A DNA stretch of 64,000 nucleotides from Balanoglossus misakiensis (GCA_040954595.2 JBECUI020000034.1:1-64000), one strand, 5' to 3'; shown: positions 40,220-50,757, counted from the first letter of the stretch. The notes: generated by a model not told the origin, from the letters alone. Made by a program: numbers and translations.

Positions 40220-42620
40220 ATGGCAAAGCAGTTAGTTTACGATCCAAATATTCTCCGGGCACGGTCGCAATTGGAAAGTCGGGAGATACCGATTAATACT
40301 TACAAATCAAATATCAATGAGGAACAGGCACGTTATGGAAATGAACGGCTAAAGCAGGTGTATTACGATATGTTGCTTATTCGTGAGTTTGAGTCTATGC
40401 TTGATCTCATTAAAAGGGAAGGTCGCTATTTAGGAACTCCGTATCACTATCCGGGTCCTGCACACCTTTCTATCGGACAGGAATCTACGTCTGTTGGGCA
40501 AGCTCTTGCACTTGACCCGGAAGATTTTATTTTTGGGTCCCACCGGAGCCATGGCGAGGTATTGGCAAAGTCCCTTTCTGCTGTTCGCAAGCTATCAGAG
40601 GAATCACTTATGACAATTCTTCGGTCATTTCATAAGGGTGAAATCCTTTCTTTGATAGAAAAACATCACAATGCTGATAATAGTATTCGATTGGCAGAGC
40701 ATTGTATCCTCTACGGATTATTAGCGGAAATATTCGCGAGAAAAAGCGGGTGCAACCGTGGACTCGGTGGTTCTATGCATGCAAGTTTTATTCCCTTCGG
40801 AAGCATGCCCAACAATGCTATTGTTGGGGGAAGTGCAGATATTGCTTTGGGGGCGGCTTTGAACAAAAAACTGAACCAAAAACCAGGCATTGTTATTGCC
40901 AATATAGGTGATGCTGCCATGTCATGCGGACCTGTTTGGGAAGCCCTTATTCTTGCATCGATGGACCAGTATCATAGCCTTTGGGCAGATATGGAAGGTG
41001 CACCACCCTTTTTGCTAAATGTATACAACAATTTATACGGTATGGGCGGTCAGACTGCAGGTGAGACGATGGGCATGGACATTATTGCACGTATTGGAGC
41101 GGGGGTAAATGCACAGGCACTGCACGCCGAGCGGGTAGACGGGTTTAATCCCTTGGCAGTTGCCGATGCGACACATCGCAAAAAAAAGACATTATTGGCA
41201 GGGAAGGGTCCTGTCTTGCTTGATGTATTAACCTACCGGTTTCTGGACATTCTCCCTCTGATGCTTCTACCTATCGAAATCGAGAAGAAATGCAAGAATT
41301 TAAAAAACATGACTGTCTTCTCTCCTATGGACATTACCTGCAAGATCGGGATCTTTTAACAGAAAATGAAATGAAGGAGATGCAGGAGACAATTATTACT
41401 ACATTGCAACAAACATTTCATCTTATTATTGATCAGAATATTCTCCCTTTGTGGATATGGAAGCGCTAGAGAAAACCCTGTTCTCCCGCAAAAAGGTTCC
41501 TACCTATGGAAATGGCAAGGTGGATGTTCTCCTTCCGATGGAAGAAAATTCTCGTGTACAGCAGTTACGTACAAAGGCACGTTATGCCTTTGATAATGAC
41601 GGCACCCCTATTTCTCCATCACAACTATATGTCTTGCGAGATGCCATCTTTGATGCAATGATATACCGATTCTATCAGGATCCCAGCATGATTGCCTTCG
41701 GGGAAGAAAATCGTGATTGGGGCGGTGCATTTGGTTGTTATCGGGGTCTTACCGAATCCTTACCCTATCATCGTTTGTTTAATGCTGCCATTGCTGAGGC
41801 AGGAATTGTTGGTACGGGTATTGGATACGCATTAACCGGTGGTCGTGCGGTTGTAGAACTGATGTACTGTGATTTCTTAGGTCGTGCGGGCGATGAGGTC
41901 TTGAATCAGATGCCGAAGTGGCAAAGTATGAGCGGGGGCTTGCTTGAAATGCCTCTTGTACTTCGGGTATCAATAGGAAACAAATACGGTGCCCAACATT
42001 CGCAAGACTGGACTGCTTTAGTTGCACATATTCCGGGGCTACAGGTTGTTTATCCTGCAACTCCTTACGATGCGAAGGGATTATTAAATACTGCATTATC
42101 AGGTAGTGACCCGGTGGTTTTCTTTGAAAGTCAGAAGATATATGGTGTAGGGGAAATGTTTCGAAAAGAAGGGGTACCTACTGAGTACTACGAAATAGAA
42201 ATCGGCAAGCCTGATATCAAACGGGTTGGAGAAGATATTACTTTTATTAGTCTTGGTCCTGCCCTCTACTCAGTGGTCGAGGCCGCAAATATTCTTGCTG
42301 AACGGTACGGTGTTCAGGCAGAAATTATTGACCTGCGAAGTCTGGTACCACTGGACTATACGATACTTCTGGAATCATTACAAAAAACGGGGCGGGTTGT
42401 GCTGGTTTCGGATGCCTGCAGGAATGGTTCTTTTATGCAGACAGTATCCTCAGAACTTTGCATTCGTGGCTTTGATATGCTTGATGCACCACCTGTCGTA
42501 GTAGGTGCAAGGGATAGTATTAGCCCTCCTGCAGAGCTGGAAGATAAGTTTTTTCCTCAGGCAGAACATATTCTTGATGCCATCCATAGGCATCTTTTCT
42601 CTCTTGTTCTTTCTACATAA
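40220..42620 (+). pseudogene. fused alpha/beta ThDP-dependent 2-oxoacid/acetoin dehydrogenase E1-like gene with two single-base frameshifts
   Basis: [21 protein letters not shown] and GDAA in the first frame; [11 protein letters not shown] in a shifted frame at 41240; beta part (GEENRDWGG, ELMYCDF, GAQHSQ) in the third frame; repairs to about 800 aa. Confidence 0.82.
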
Positions 42621-42681
42621 ACACATTTTTTTTCCGCATCAAGAGTTCTTCAGATGATTTTTTTGCATCTACCATTGCTAC

Positions 42682-42768
42682 AAACCTCAATCAAACGTGC
42701 AGTTTTCGCAGTAGTTATTGATACCACCCCTGAAGGGTGGGGGTTGTGGATGGGGAACGCATACATAA
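42682..42768 (+). repeat. structured dispersed repeat, copy 1
   Basis: aaacctcaatcaaac...gtagttattgataccacccctgaagggtgggggttgtggatg. Confidence 0.92.
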
Positions 42769-42832
42769 ATTTTAAGTAAAAAATTAAGTAAACCTTGAGA
42801 AACCCTTGTCTATCAGTAACAAAATTGTAGCA

Positions 42833-42920
42833 GAATCTCAATCAAACGTGCAGTTTTCGCAGTAGTTTGTAATACCGCCCCTTGAGGGTGGGGGCTGTGG
42901 ATGGGAAACATCATACATAA
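42833..42920 (+). repeat. structured dispersed repeat, copy 2
   Basis: aatctcaatcaaac...gtagtttgtaataccgccccttgagggtgggggctgtggatg...catcatac. Confidence 0.92.
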
Positions 42921-44128
42921 TTATTAATCTGAAGATAGACGACAGCAGCCGAACTGCGGGTTCAGGACTCTTTCAAATGATTCAAGGTAGCAGTATAAAC
43001 TCTATTCATGTTAGAGATATTCTTTTTGTTAATCCTTCCATCTATGTGCGTGCTCTGGCAGGAGTATTGGCAGGACACATAAATGATGCAACAGTAGAAA
43101 GAATAGGGGTGGAAAGTAGCGAGACAATCCTTACTATGGTAGGCATCCCAGTGAAGCTTATGCTAAATGGCGAGGAAAAGGAATCTATATTTTGCGGAGG
43201 CATTATTGGATTTATGGAAAAAGGGCGGATTATTGCAGCGCATAACAGTGGAAATATAGTTCAAACGGGTACTACTTCTCTAGATAGAGAGGGGCATATC
43301 GGTGGACTTTTAGGATTTGGTATCGATGTGCTTATAATAGGAGGGTTTACTGGTAATATTACAGCAAGCCATCCTTTAGTCGGGGGGTTACTTGGGGGGT
43401 CCAATGCAAATTCAAACCGTAGCCCGAATACTGTGCGCATATACGGGTATTCTACTGGTAGTATATCTTCTACTGGAACTTCTCCTGGATATGCGTCAAA
43501 TGCTTCTATTGGTGGATTGGCAGGCAGTATAAGAAGATTCCCAAGGGGTTCGTCTGGGCATCTTGTACGAGGTTATGCAACAGGAACCATCAGTTCCAGT
43601 AACAGCAATGTTCCCGTATCTGGTTTTGCAGGCGAGTATGGTTCCTGGATTGATGTACAAGGATTTTTTGCAGGTACTCTAACAAGTACTGCGAATAGAT
43701 ATGGATTTTTTGCAGATACTAGCGGTTACTTGGCTTCTATGCCTTCTGCTGCTATACGAGGGTATGTTGACCAATCTACAGCGGGAACTGTTTCTATGAT
43801 CCGCGTAGCCCTGCTAGACGGAGTAACAGACATACAGGGATTGACGGGGGAAAACTCTCTTGTACGCAGAGGAACTGGAACGAGTAACAATCCTTACCGA
43901 TATTTTGATACGAAGCGTACCCAAACAACTTCGGATGATACGGAGATTTTTATTGCCGACCATTGGACCATACATAGTTCCTTTGGTGGAGGAACAGATG
44001 AAGACTCAAATGGGATTCCCGATCAGATTGGTAACTGGGTCTGGGTAGGAGACGGCAAATGGCCAAGTCTCTGGGATACGGCTGACGGATATTACTTCGG
44101 CACCCAGCCCGATAAAAAGACCCCGTAG
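42920..44128 (+). pseudogene. 5'-truncated GLUG-like surface-protein fragment (first ATG 42977)
   Basis: GGLLG/GGLAG repeats; paralogous to the C-terminal third of 44477-48508; frame is open from the repeat edge; no SD or signal peptide. Confidence 0.7.
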
Positions 44129-44149
44129 AACCGATAGAACTCGATAGAT

Positions 44150-44180
44150 AGCAGCGGAGCATGCCTCCGCTGCTTTTTTT
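44150..44180 (+). terminator. intrinsic terminator
   Basis: AGCAGCGGAG-CATGC-CTCCGCTGCT followed by a T run. Confidence 0.9.
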
Positions 44181-44431
44181 GATACCATCAGTTATAGATC
44201 GTGTAAAAACAGGAGCCAATCATGAATAGCGAATTCATATCAACAATTCCTGTGTATTTCAAACTGATAAGGTTCACGGGTTTGTCTTTATTACTTTTGT
44301 TTGAGTTTAACCACATGTTGCACGAGCATTTCAACTTCGTATCACCCGAACAGTGAATGTATTATTGCCATTCTTTTTCAGAACAGATGGTGTCTGTACA
44401 TGCAAAAAAATTTGTTATTTATAAATGATGC

Positions 44432-44460
44432 TTGACAATCTTAAATATTAACAATATTAT
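44432..44460 (+). promoter_or_regulatory. sigma-70 promoter
   Basis: TTGACA-17 nt-TATTAT, then GGAG and ATG 44477. Confidence 0.75.
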
Positions 44461-44476
44461 TATTATTGGAGATTAT

Positions 44477-47400
44477 ATGTTTCGTAGATTGATAATTATT
44501 GTTGGTGCCTTTTTTGTTGCTTTGTTTAGTTTTTCCTGTTGGCTTTCCGATATAGGCAACCCTTCGGCGGTTGCACCAGTAGATAATGTTTCTGCTTGGT
44601 TTGTTACCGGCAATACTGCACATTTCGAATGGAAAATTGATGAGGAGGCAGATAAGTTTGTTGTTCGTCTCATTGCGGGAAAGAGCACTATTAATAAAAT
44701 TGTGCAGCAAAAGGGAGTTGGTCTTTTTTCAACAACAATTATGTACGATTTGGATGAGTTAACTGTGAATACCTCCTATATTGTATCAGTCATTGCAATA
44801 AGGAACGGTGTGCAATCATTACCAGCGTATGCACAAAAAGACCTTCTCACTGGTGCAACCCACGCAACACCAGAATTTCTCAGTGCCACTTCTTCGGTTA
44901 ACAGCCTTGCACTAGAATGGAAAAAAGCTACGGGCAACCCAATTGGATATACAGTTACTCTTATACCAGTAGATGGGGGTGAAACAATAAACGGTAGCAC
45001 TGCTGAAACATTTATCACTATATTTGGTTTATCTGATAATACCGAATATATTGTATCAATAGTTGCACACTTTGCAGAGGAACGAACATCGACTGTTATC
45101 TACCTTTCGCCACAGAAAACTATTAAAACACTCCGAAATTTTTCGACCGCACCCGGAGCTGTCTACGAGATAAAAAAAGACACTGAATACAAAGCAGAAA
45201 AAGCATTGCGCATAATCTGGACGGCAGCAACCCCCGGAAAAACAGATACAGGAGCTGAAGCTGATACCATTTACACGGTGGAGTATCAGGATGTTGATAC
45301 ACCGCACCAAGACCTTTGGCAAATGGTAGTAGATGATTCACCTAAGGACTTGGAAGCTACTATAAGCGATCTTATTGGTGTTCGGGATTATACTGTGCGT
45401 GTTCGTGCATGGAACGCTGGGTATAGGGACGATGAAAGCAAAGCGAGCAATTGGGAATCGGTAGTATTGACCAATAACGGCGTACGTTCGGTAAAGATAC
45501 AGCAAGGTGGTGTGGATATCGGAGATATTTATTCCCTACATGATGGGGATATCCGACAGCTGAATGCGGTAGTCATTGTAGAGAATATAGATGAAATTAT
45601 TGAGTGGAGCAGTAATAATACTGATGTTGCAACTGTCTCTGAAGGAGGAGAAGTACGTGCTCTTGCAGAGGGAACGGCAAAAATTACAGTTGCAGTATCA
45701 ACAGCGGGAAGTGCGGTTCTTTTATCGGCAGACGTAACACTACGTGTCGGTACACCCTCTATGCCTGGCACCCTTAGCTACGACACCCAAACGAATACTA
45801 TCTTCGGAGAAAGAACGACCTATCCACCGGCATTTTCTGATACCAGTATCGACCCAGAACAACTAGATTACACCGTAGCTGTAAGTAAAATGGGAACCCC
45901 CATCGCTACTGGAATTACTGTCGATAATACTGGCACCATCATAGTAGCCGATACAGTTGATACGGGAAGCTATACAATAGCAATTACTGCATTCTCTGAG
46001 GCGCTTTATTCCACGAGTCTCAGTACGGATGTATTCCTAGTAGTTGTTCCTAAGGACATAGCGGACTATACCTTCAGTTATATGTTTCAGTCACCTGCTT
46101 ACCGAGGGGAGACATATCCGCCGGAAACAGATATTCCTATTGGCGCAAGTATTTATACAATGACCTCTCGTGATGGATCGTTTGTGAGTAATGACATTCA
46201 GATAGACCCAAATAATGGGGAAATAAGCATTATAGACGGGGCAGAATTAAAAACATATCTGTTAAAGATAACTGCGACATCCACAGGTGGCAACTACAGC
46301 GGAATGCAGGAGTATGAAATTGCTATACCTGTTCACCTTACTCCATTAACTGTTAATTTGAATTACAATACGATAACAACTGAATATCTGATAGGAAGAG
46401 ATTACTCCGTGAGTGCATCGGGATTGCCCGTAGATGTACGACAGAGCGAATTGTCCTATTCAGGAACTGTAACAAACGACGCAGGAGCAACAGAATACGG
46501 CATTACCGTAAAACAAAATGGCACAATCAACATAGCTTCCTCCGTACTTCCGGGCAGTTACGTGGTAGCGGTTACGGTTAGCACAGCTAACTATGCTGAT
46601 GCAACAGTAGAAGTCATTCGAACAGTCGTGCCGGGAATGTTCGATAGACATAGTTTTAGCTATGGAAGTAAAATTGATGCCACAATGGGAGAAAATAGAA
46701 GCTTTTCAATGGTCAATTCTACTATCCCAAGCGATGCAGCAGCTACGTATAGTTTATCGCCACAAATAGAAGGCATAACGGTAGAAGCGAATGGATCGCT
46801 ATCTGTTTCTGCTACGGTGCCGGCTGCAACCTATACTCTGAGCATTGAAGCAATTCCGACATCATTAAACTATATCGGTAGTTTAACAACTGAGACATCT
46901 ATTACTGTTTTTAAGTCAGGTTACAAATTGGATATGCAGCCAGTAGCACAAAAATATTTTACTATTGGTGATATCACTAATCCCTACTTATTTATATTGG
47001 AAGAGAGGAGCAGTACAAGCGGATTAAGTGCAACTATTTCTGTTACCGATGCTGATACGCATACCATGCTCTATAGCGGAGCAGGGCTCATACGTACTGG
47101 AACGGACAATAACGGAGCTACCATAGTCGGTGTAGGACTTAAGTCTGGCCGTTGGTCGGCATTTGACGGCTCAAGCCGGCTGGAGTTTGCAGTAAGAATT
47201 TCAGAGAGTGATATAGATGACTACACTATATTGGTAATCAAAGAAAAGGGTGGTGCAGGTGATATTTACAGTTGGCGCGACCTACAAGCTATGAGCACTA
47301 ATCTGAGTGAGAGCTATCAATTAAAGACTGATATTATCTTTCCTGACCCGGGTAAATATGGATTTTCGACAAGTGGATTTCTTCCTATTGGAAGTAGTAG

Positions 47401-48508
47401 TAACAAATTCATAGGCAGTTTAGATGGAATGAAAGAGGATGGCGGGCGGTACAGTATCACAAATTTTTACATTAAGCGTTCAAGCAGTTCCAATGTTGGA
47501 CTTATTAGTTATGGTAGTGGTATGACTGTTGCACATATAGTATTTATTGATCCATACGTAGAGGGCATGGTGAATATTGGCGTTATAGTCGGAAATTCCG
47601 GTTCTGATACGATACGAAACGTTAGTATACGGGTAGAAAATAGGAGTGGAAATATTTTAGTAGCAGGAGAGGATGGAAGCTATAGTCGTATTGGGGCAAT
47701 TTCCGGGTTGAGTAGCCGTACTAAAATAATAGCAGCAGATAGCAACGCCACCGTTTATGGAATCGGCTGGGTAGTTGGCGGGTTAGCAGGATTTGCTAGT
47801 GGTGGAACAATCATTGGTTCGGTCAATGCCTCGATAACCGGAGACTTCTTTACTGGAGGATTGGCGGGATATACCTTGAATTGTCAAATTATTGGATATG
47901 CATCCGGAAATATCAGTGGCGACTCTCATGTTGGGGGGCTTGTTGCCTATACTAGTAAAAGTAGTGTTACGGGCTATTTTACAGGTACGGTAGCCGCAAC
48001 TGGTAACACTGGTGGTGGATTAGTCGGAAACAGTGGTGCTACTACTACTGGCTATAGTGCTACTCCCGTTAGAAGAACATCTGGTCAGAGTAAACTCTTC
48101 GGTGCATTAACAGGAAGTTATCGTGGATATCCCTTCTATGCCTATTTTGACCGTGCTGCCTCGGGACCAGTTTTTTCATCAGGAAATACACTCAATGGGG
48201 TTGGAGATGGAACACTGCCGACTGAAAGTTATGCAACTGAGATTACTACTGAGGGGGATTTAAGACGAGAAGGCTCCGGCACAACAACCGATCCCTACCG
48301 ATACTATAACAGTACAACTTCTGACACCATATTTCCCGATGCCCAATGGACTATCCATAACAACTTTAGTGCTGATGACTATTCAGGATCTGATACTCCT
48401 TCTGAGTTAGGTGACTGGGTTTGGGTAGGAGACGGCAGGTGGCCAAGCCTCTGGGATACGGCAGATAAGTACTTTTTTGGTGAACAACCTGAATACAAGG
48501 TTCAATAG
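44477..48508 (+). CDS. large surface lipoprotein: FN3 domains, Big_2 Ig-like domain, Ig/cadherin-like stalk, C-terminal GLUG-like domain
   Basis: Lipobox LFSFSC; FN3-like GLSDNTEYIVSI and YTVRVRAWN; WSSNNTDVATVSEGGEVRALAEGTAKITV; IYSWRDLQAM...FLPIG...FIGSLDG and VGGLAG repeats. Confidence 0.85.
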   Translation: MFRRLIIIVGAFFVALFSFSCWLSDIGNPSAVAPVDNVSAWFVTGNTAHFEWKIDEEADKFVVRLIAGKSTINKIVQQKGVGLFSTTIMYDLDELTVNTSYIVSVIAIRNGVQSLPAYAQKDLLTGATHATPEFLSATSSVNSLALEWKKATGNPIGYTVTLIPVDGGETINGSTAETFITIFGLSDNTEYIVSIVAHFAEERTSTVIYLSPQKTIKTLRNFSTAPGAVYEIKKDTEYKAEKALRIIWTAATPGKTDTGAEADTIYTVEYQDVDTPHQDLWQMVVDDSPKDLEATISDLIGVRDYTVRVRAWNAGYRDDESKASNWESVVLTNNGVRSVKIQQGGVDIGDIYSLHDGDIRQLNAVVIVENIDEIIEWSSNNTDVATVSEGGEVRALAEGTAKITVAVSTAGSAVLLSADVTLRVGTPSMPGTLSYDTQTNTIFGERTTYPPAFSDTSIDPEQLDYTVAVSKMGTPIATGITVDNTGTIIVADTVDTGSYTIAITAFSEALYSTSLSTDVFLVVVPKDIADYTFSYMFQSPAYRGETYPPETDIPIGASIYTMTSRDGSFVSNDIQIDPNNGEISIIDGAELKTYLLKITATSTGGNYSGMQEYEIAIPVHLTPLTVNLNYNTITTEYLIGRDYSVSASGLPVDVRQSELSYSGTVTNDAGATEYGITVKQNGTINIASSVLPGSYVVAVTVSTANYADATVEVIRTVVPGMFDRHSFSYGSKIDATMGENRSFSMVNSTIPSDAAATYSLSPQIEGITVEANGSLSVSATVPAATYTLSIEAIPTSLNYIGSLTTETSITVFKSGYKLDMQPVAQKYFTIGDITNPYLFILEERSSTSGLSATISVTDADTHTMLYSGAGLIRTGTDNNGATIVGVGLKSGRWSAFDGSSRLEFAVRISESDIDDYTILVIKEKGGAGDIYSWRDLQAMSTNLSESYQLKTDIIFPDPGKYGFSTSGFLPIGSSSNKFIGSLDGMKEDGGRYSITNFYIKRSSSSNVGLISYGSGMTVAHIVFIDPYVEGMVNIGVIVGNSGSDTIRNVSIRVENRSGNILVAGEDGSYSRIGAISGLSSRTKIIAADSNATVYGIGWVVGGLAGFASGGTIIGSVNASITGDFFTGGLAGYTLNCQIIGYASGNISGDSHVGGLVAYTSKSSVTGYFTGTVAATGNTGGGLVGNSGATTTGYSATPVRRTSGQSKLFGALTGSYRGYPFYAYFDRAASGPVFSSGNTLNGVGDGTLPTESYATEITTEGDLRREGSGTTTDPYRYYNSTTSDTIFPDAQWTIHNNFSADDYSGSDTPSELGDWVWVGDGRWPSLWDTADKYFFGEQPEYKVQ

Positions 48509-48535
48509 AAGCAAGTCTATGAGATAGCATGATAG

Positions 48536-48569
48536 TAGCAGCGGAACCTTCAGTCCCGCTGCTATTTTT
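48536..48569 (+). terminator. intrinsic terminator (paralogous to the one at 44150)
   Basis: TAGCAGCGG...CCGCTGCTA-TTTTT. Confidence 0.85.
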
Positions 48570-48634
48570 GCATGAGGTAAAACATTAAAAGGTAATGTAT
48601 ACGTAAAGCACATACGTTCATTGAATATAAATCC

Positions 48635-48955
48635 GATAAAAACTCCGCCCAAACCTCAATCAAACAGGCAGTTTTTGCGGTAGTTATTGATACCACCCCT
48701 TGAGGGTGGGGGCTGTGGATGGGGGCATCATACAAAAAAAATGATAAATATCCGCCCAAACCTCAATCAAACAGGCAGTTTTTGCGGTAGTTATTGATAC
48801 CACCCCTTGATGGGTGGGGGCTGTGGATGGGGGCATCATACAAAAAAAAATGATAAATATCCGCTCAAACCTCAATCAAACAGGCGGTTTTTGCGGTAGT
48901 TATTGATACCACCCCTTGATGGGTGGGGGCTGTGGATGGCGAAAGTATCATATAA
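48635..48955 (+). repeat. three tandem copies (period 107/109 bp) of the structured repeat, copies 3-5
   Basis: Units begin aaacctcaatcaaac at 48651, 48758 and 48867; near-identical linkers. Confidence 0.95.
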
Positions 48956-49020
48956 AATTTTATTTAAAATACAGGATCTTTCAATAACATAACTGTGCAA
49001 GAAGTGTAGCTTCTTCTTGG

Positions 49021-50721
49021 TTAGATGCGAGGAGTTACATTCGGCTTATTCAAAGCAGAAATAAACGTAGGGTAGGCATCAGTATGAAGAGCAACCGCTC
49101 GCACATCAGGTTTCATAAACTGCCGGGCAATATCAGCAAGTATTTGCAACTGTGAACTCTGACCATGAATCGGAGTAAGGATAAGTATAATCAATTGTGC
49201 CGGGCCCCCGTCGATAGCATTGAAATCGATCCCACGTTCGGAGCGTCCCACTGCAACACAGGGAGTGGAAACTTCCAATAAGCGAGCATGCGGCACGGCA
49301 ATCCCCCCTCCAAGTGCAGTCCCCATTATCTGTTCCCGTTTCCAAACAGCATCAAAGATACGTATGTGGTCGAGTCCTGTTTCCCGAGCAGCAAGGATAG
49401 ACAATTCAAGAATTGCTTCCCGCCTGGAATTTGCATTAAGATTCCCCTTGTACAGGTTCTCCTTCATTAGGTCATACAATTTCAGTGCCTTCTTTTCCTT
49501 CAAAAAGAATTTCATAAGAGGACCTGAAAGCATCGTTGTCCCGATCGCCATAATAATTAGTGCAACAAAGAGACTTTCACTAATAAGTCCGTATTCAAGT
49601 GCGAGAAGACCAAGAATAATTTCCATAGCGCCGCGGGAATTCATGCCGAATCCGATGGCCAGTGATTCATTCATGCGCATGCCCCCCAATCGAGCCCCAA
49701 CGCTGCATCCTAGAATTTTTCCGAAACATGCAAGGACGAAGACGACAAGAACCAGCATGGGGTCAAAGTGGGTACTGAAGTCCACTTGCAAGCCGATGTA
49801 CGCAAAGAAAAGTGGTGCAAAGATATTCATAGTAAACTGATGAATCACATCTTTTGTACGTTCAGTAAGATATTCACTATCTCCGATTGCAACCCCAATA
49901 AGAAATGCACCAAATACCGCATGAACGCCAATCCATTGTGTCAAAGCGGCACCAAGCAGGGTAAGGGCAAATACAAATCCTAATATCCCACCCGGCCAGA
50001 CAGTCTTCCGTTCAAGCCAGGGAACAATCTTGTGAAATGCCATGCGAATAATAGTAAGGGCAACGACACAAAAGAGAAGTACGAGGAAAATCGTACTTAT
50101 CATGTTTCCCTCTTTTTGTGCCGTCCAGCCGGCTAAACTGAGAATAAGGCTAAAAACAATCCAACCAATTAGATCATTAAATGCGGCTGAGGCCACAACA
50201 AGCATGCCCATATCACTCTTAATAAGATTCATATCCATCAGAGTTTTTGCAATGACCGGAAGTGCGGAAATAGAAAGTGCAGTACCCAGAAAGAGAGCAA
50301 ATATTCCAACATCTCCCGCAGAACCCAGTCCAAAAAAACTTGACCAGTAGTATGCCGCCCCATAACCGAGACTAAAGGGCAATATAATGCCTAAAGTGCT
50401 CACGATAATTGCAGTTCGACCCTGTTTTCGCAGAGATGACAAATTTATTTCAAGACCAGCAACAAGAAGAAGCAAGACAGCGGCAACTGTCGTTAGACCC
50501 TCAAGGGCAGTTGTTGCATGTGTCTGTATGGGAAAGATCAGGACTTGCAAATCGGGAAAGATTTTTCCAAAGACAGTTGGTCCCAGTATAATTCCGGCAA
50601 GAATTTCTCCAACAACCATTGGCTGATGGAAGCGTCTGGCAACTTCGCCTAAGAAACGAGATAATCCGAGCAGAATGCCAAGATCAAGCAAGATAATTGT
50701 TATATCGTACGAAGAAAGCAT
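49021..50721 (-). CDS. cation:proton antiporter (CPA2) with C-terminal PTS EIIA domain
   Basis: QPMVVGEILAGIILGP, SISALPVIAK, GVHAVFGAF and MNSRGA; EIIA motif REQIMGTALGGGIAVPHAR. Confidence 0.92.
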   Translation of the reverse strand: MLSSYDITIILLDLGILLGLSRFLGEVARRFHQPMVVGEILAGIILGPTVFGKIFPDLQVLIFPIQTHATTALEGLTTVAAVLLLLVAGLEINLSSLRKQGRTAIIVSTLGIILPFSLGYGAAYYWSSFFGLGSAGDVGIFALFLGTALSISALPVIAKTLMDMNLIKSDMGMLVVASAAFNDLIGWIVFSLILSLAGWTAQKEGNMISTIFLVLLFCVVALTIIRMAFHKIVPWLERKTVWPGGILGFVFALTLLGAALTQWIGVHAVFGAFLIGVAIGDSEYLTERTKDVIHQFTMNIFAPLFFAYIGLQVDFSTHFDPMLVLVVFVLACFGKILGCSVGARLGGMRMNESLAIGFGMNSRGAMEIILGLLALEYGLISESLFVALIIMAIGTTMLSGPLMKFFLKEKKALKLYDLMKENLYKGNLNANSRREAILELSILAARETGLDHIRIFDAVWKREQIMGTALGGGIAVPHARLLEVSTPCVAVGRSERGIDFNAIDGGPAQLIILILTPIHGQSSQLQILADIARQFMKPDVRAVALHTDAYPTFISALNKPNVTPRI

Positions 50722-50757
50722 GTCCTTTCTACAATGATAACATAAAGTCGACTTTTT

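Noticed and set aside
42682-42920. Known riboswitch (c-di-GMP, SAM, TPP, cobalamin)
   Set aside because: No consensus motifs recognised on either strand, and most copies are not in a 5' leader position
44031-48465. Diversity-generating retroelement TR/VR pair
   Set aside because: Mismatches between the two conserved 3' ends are not adenine-specific and are largely synonymous; no reverse transcriptase
42650-48875. Short minus-strand ORFs containing GVVSITTAKTA (42650-42841, 48562-48759, 48684-48875)
   Set aside because: By-products of the DNA repeat; frames and starts are not conserved among copies
48635-48955. CRISPR array
   Set aside because: Units are about 107 bp with near-identical linkers rather than unique spacers, and no cas genes are in the window
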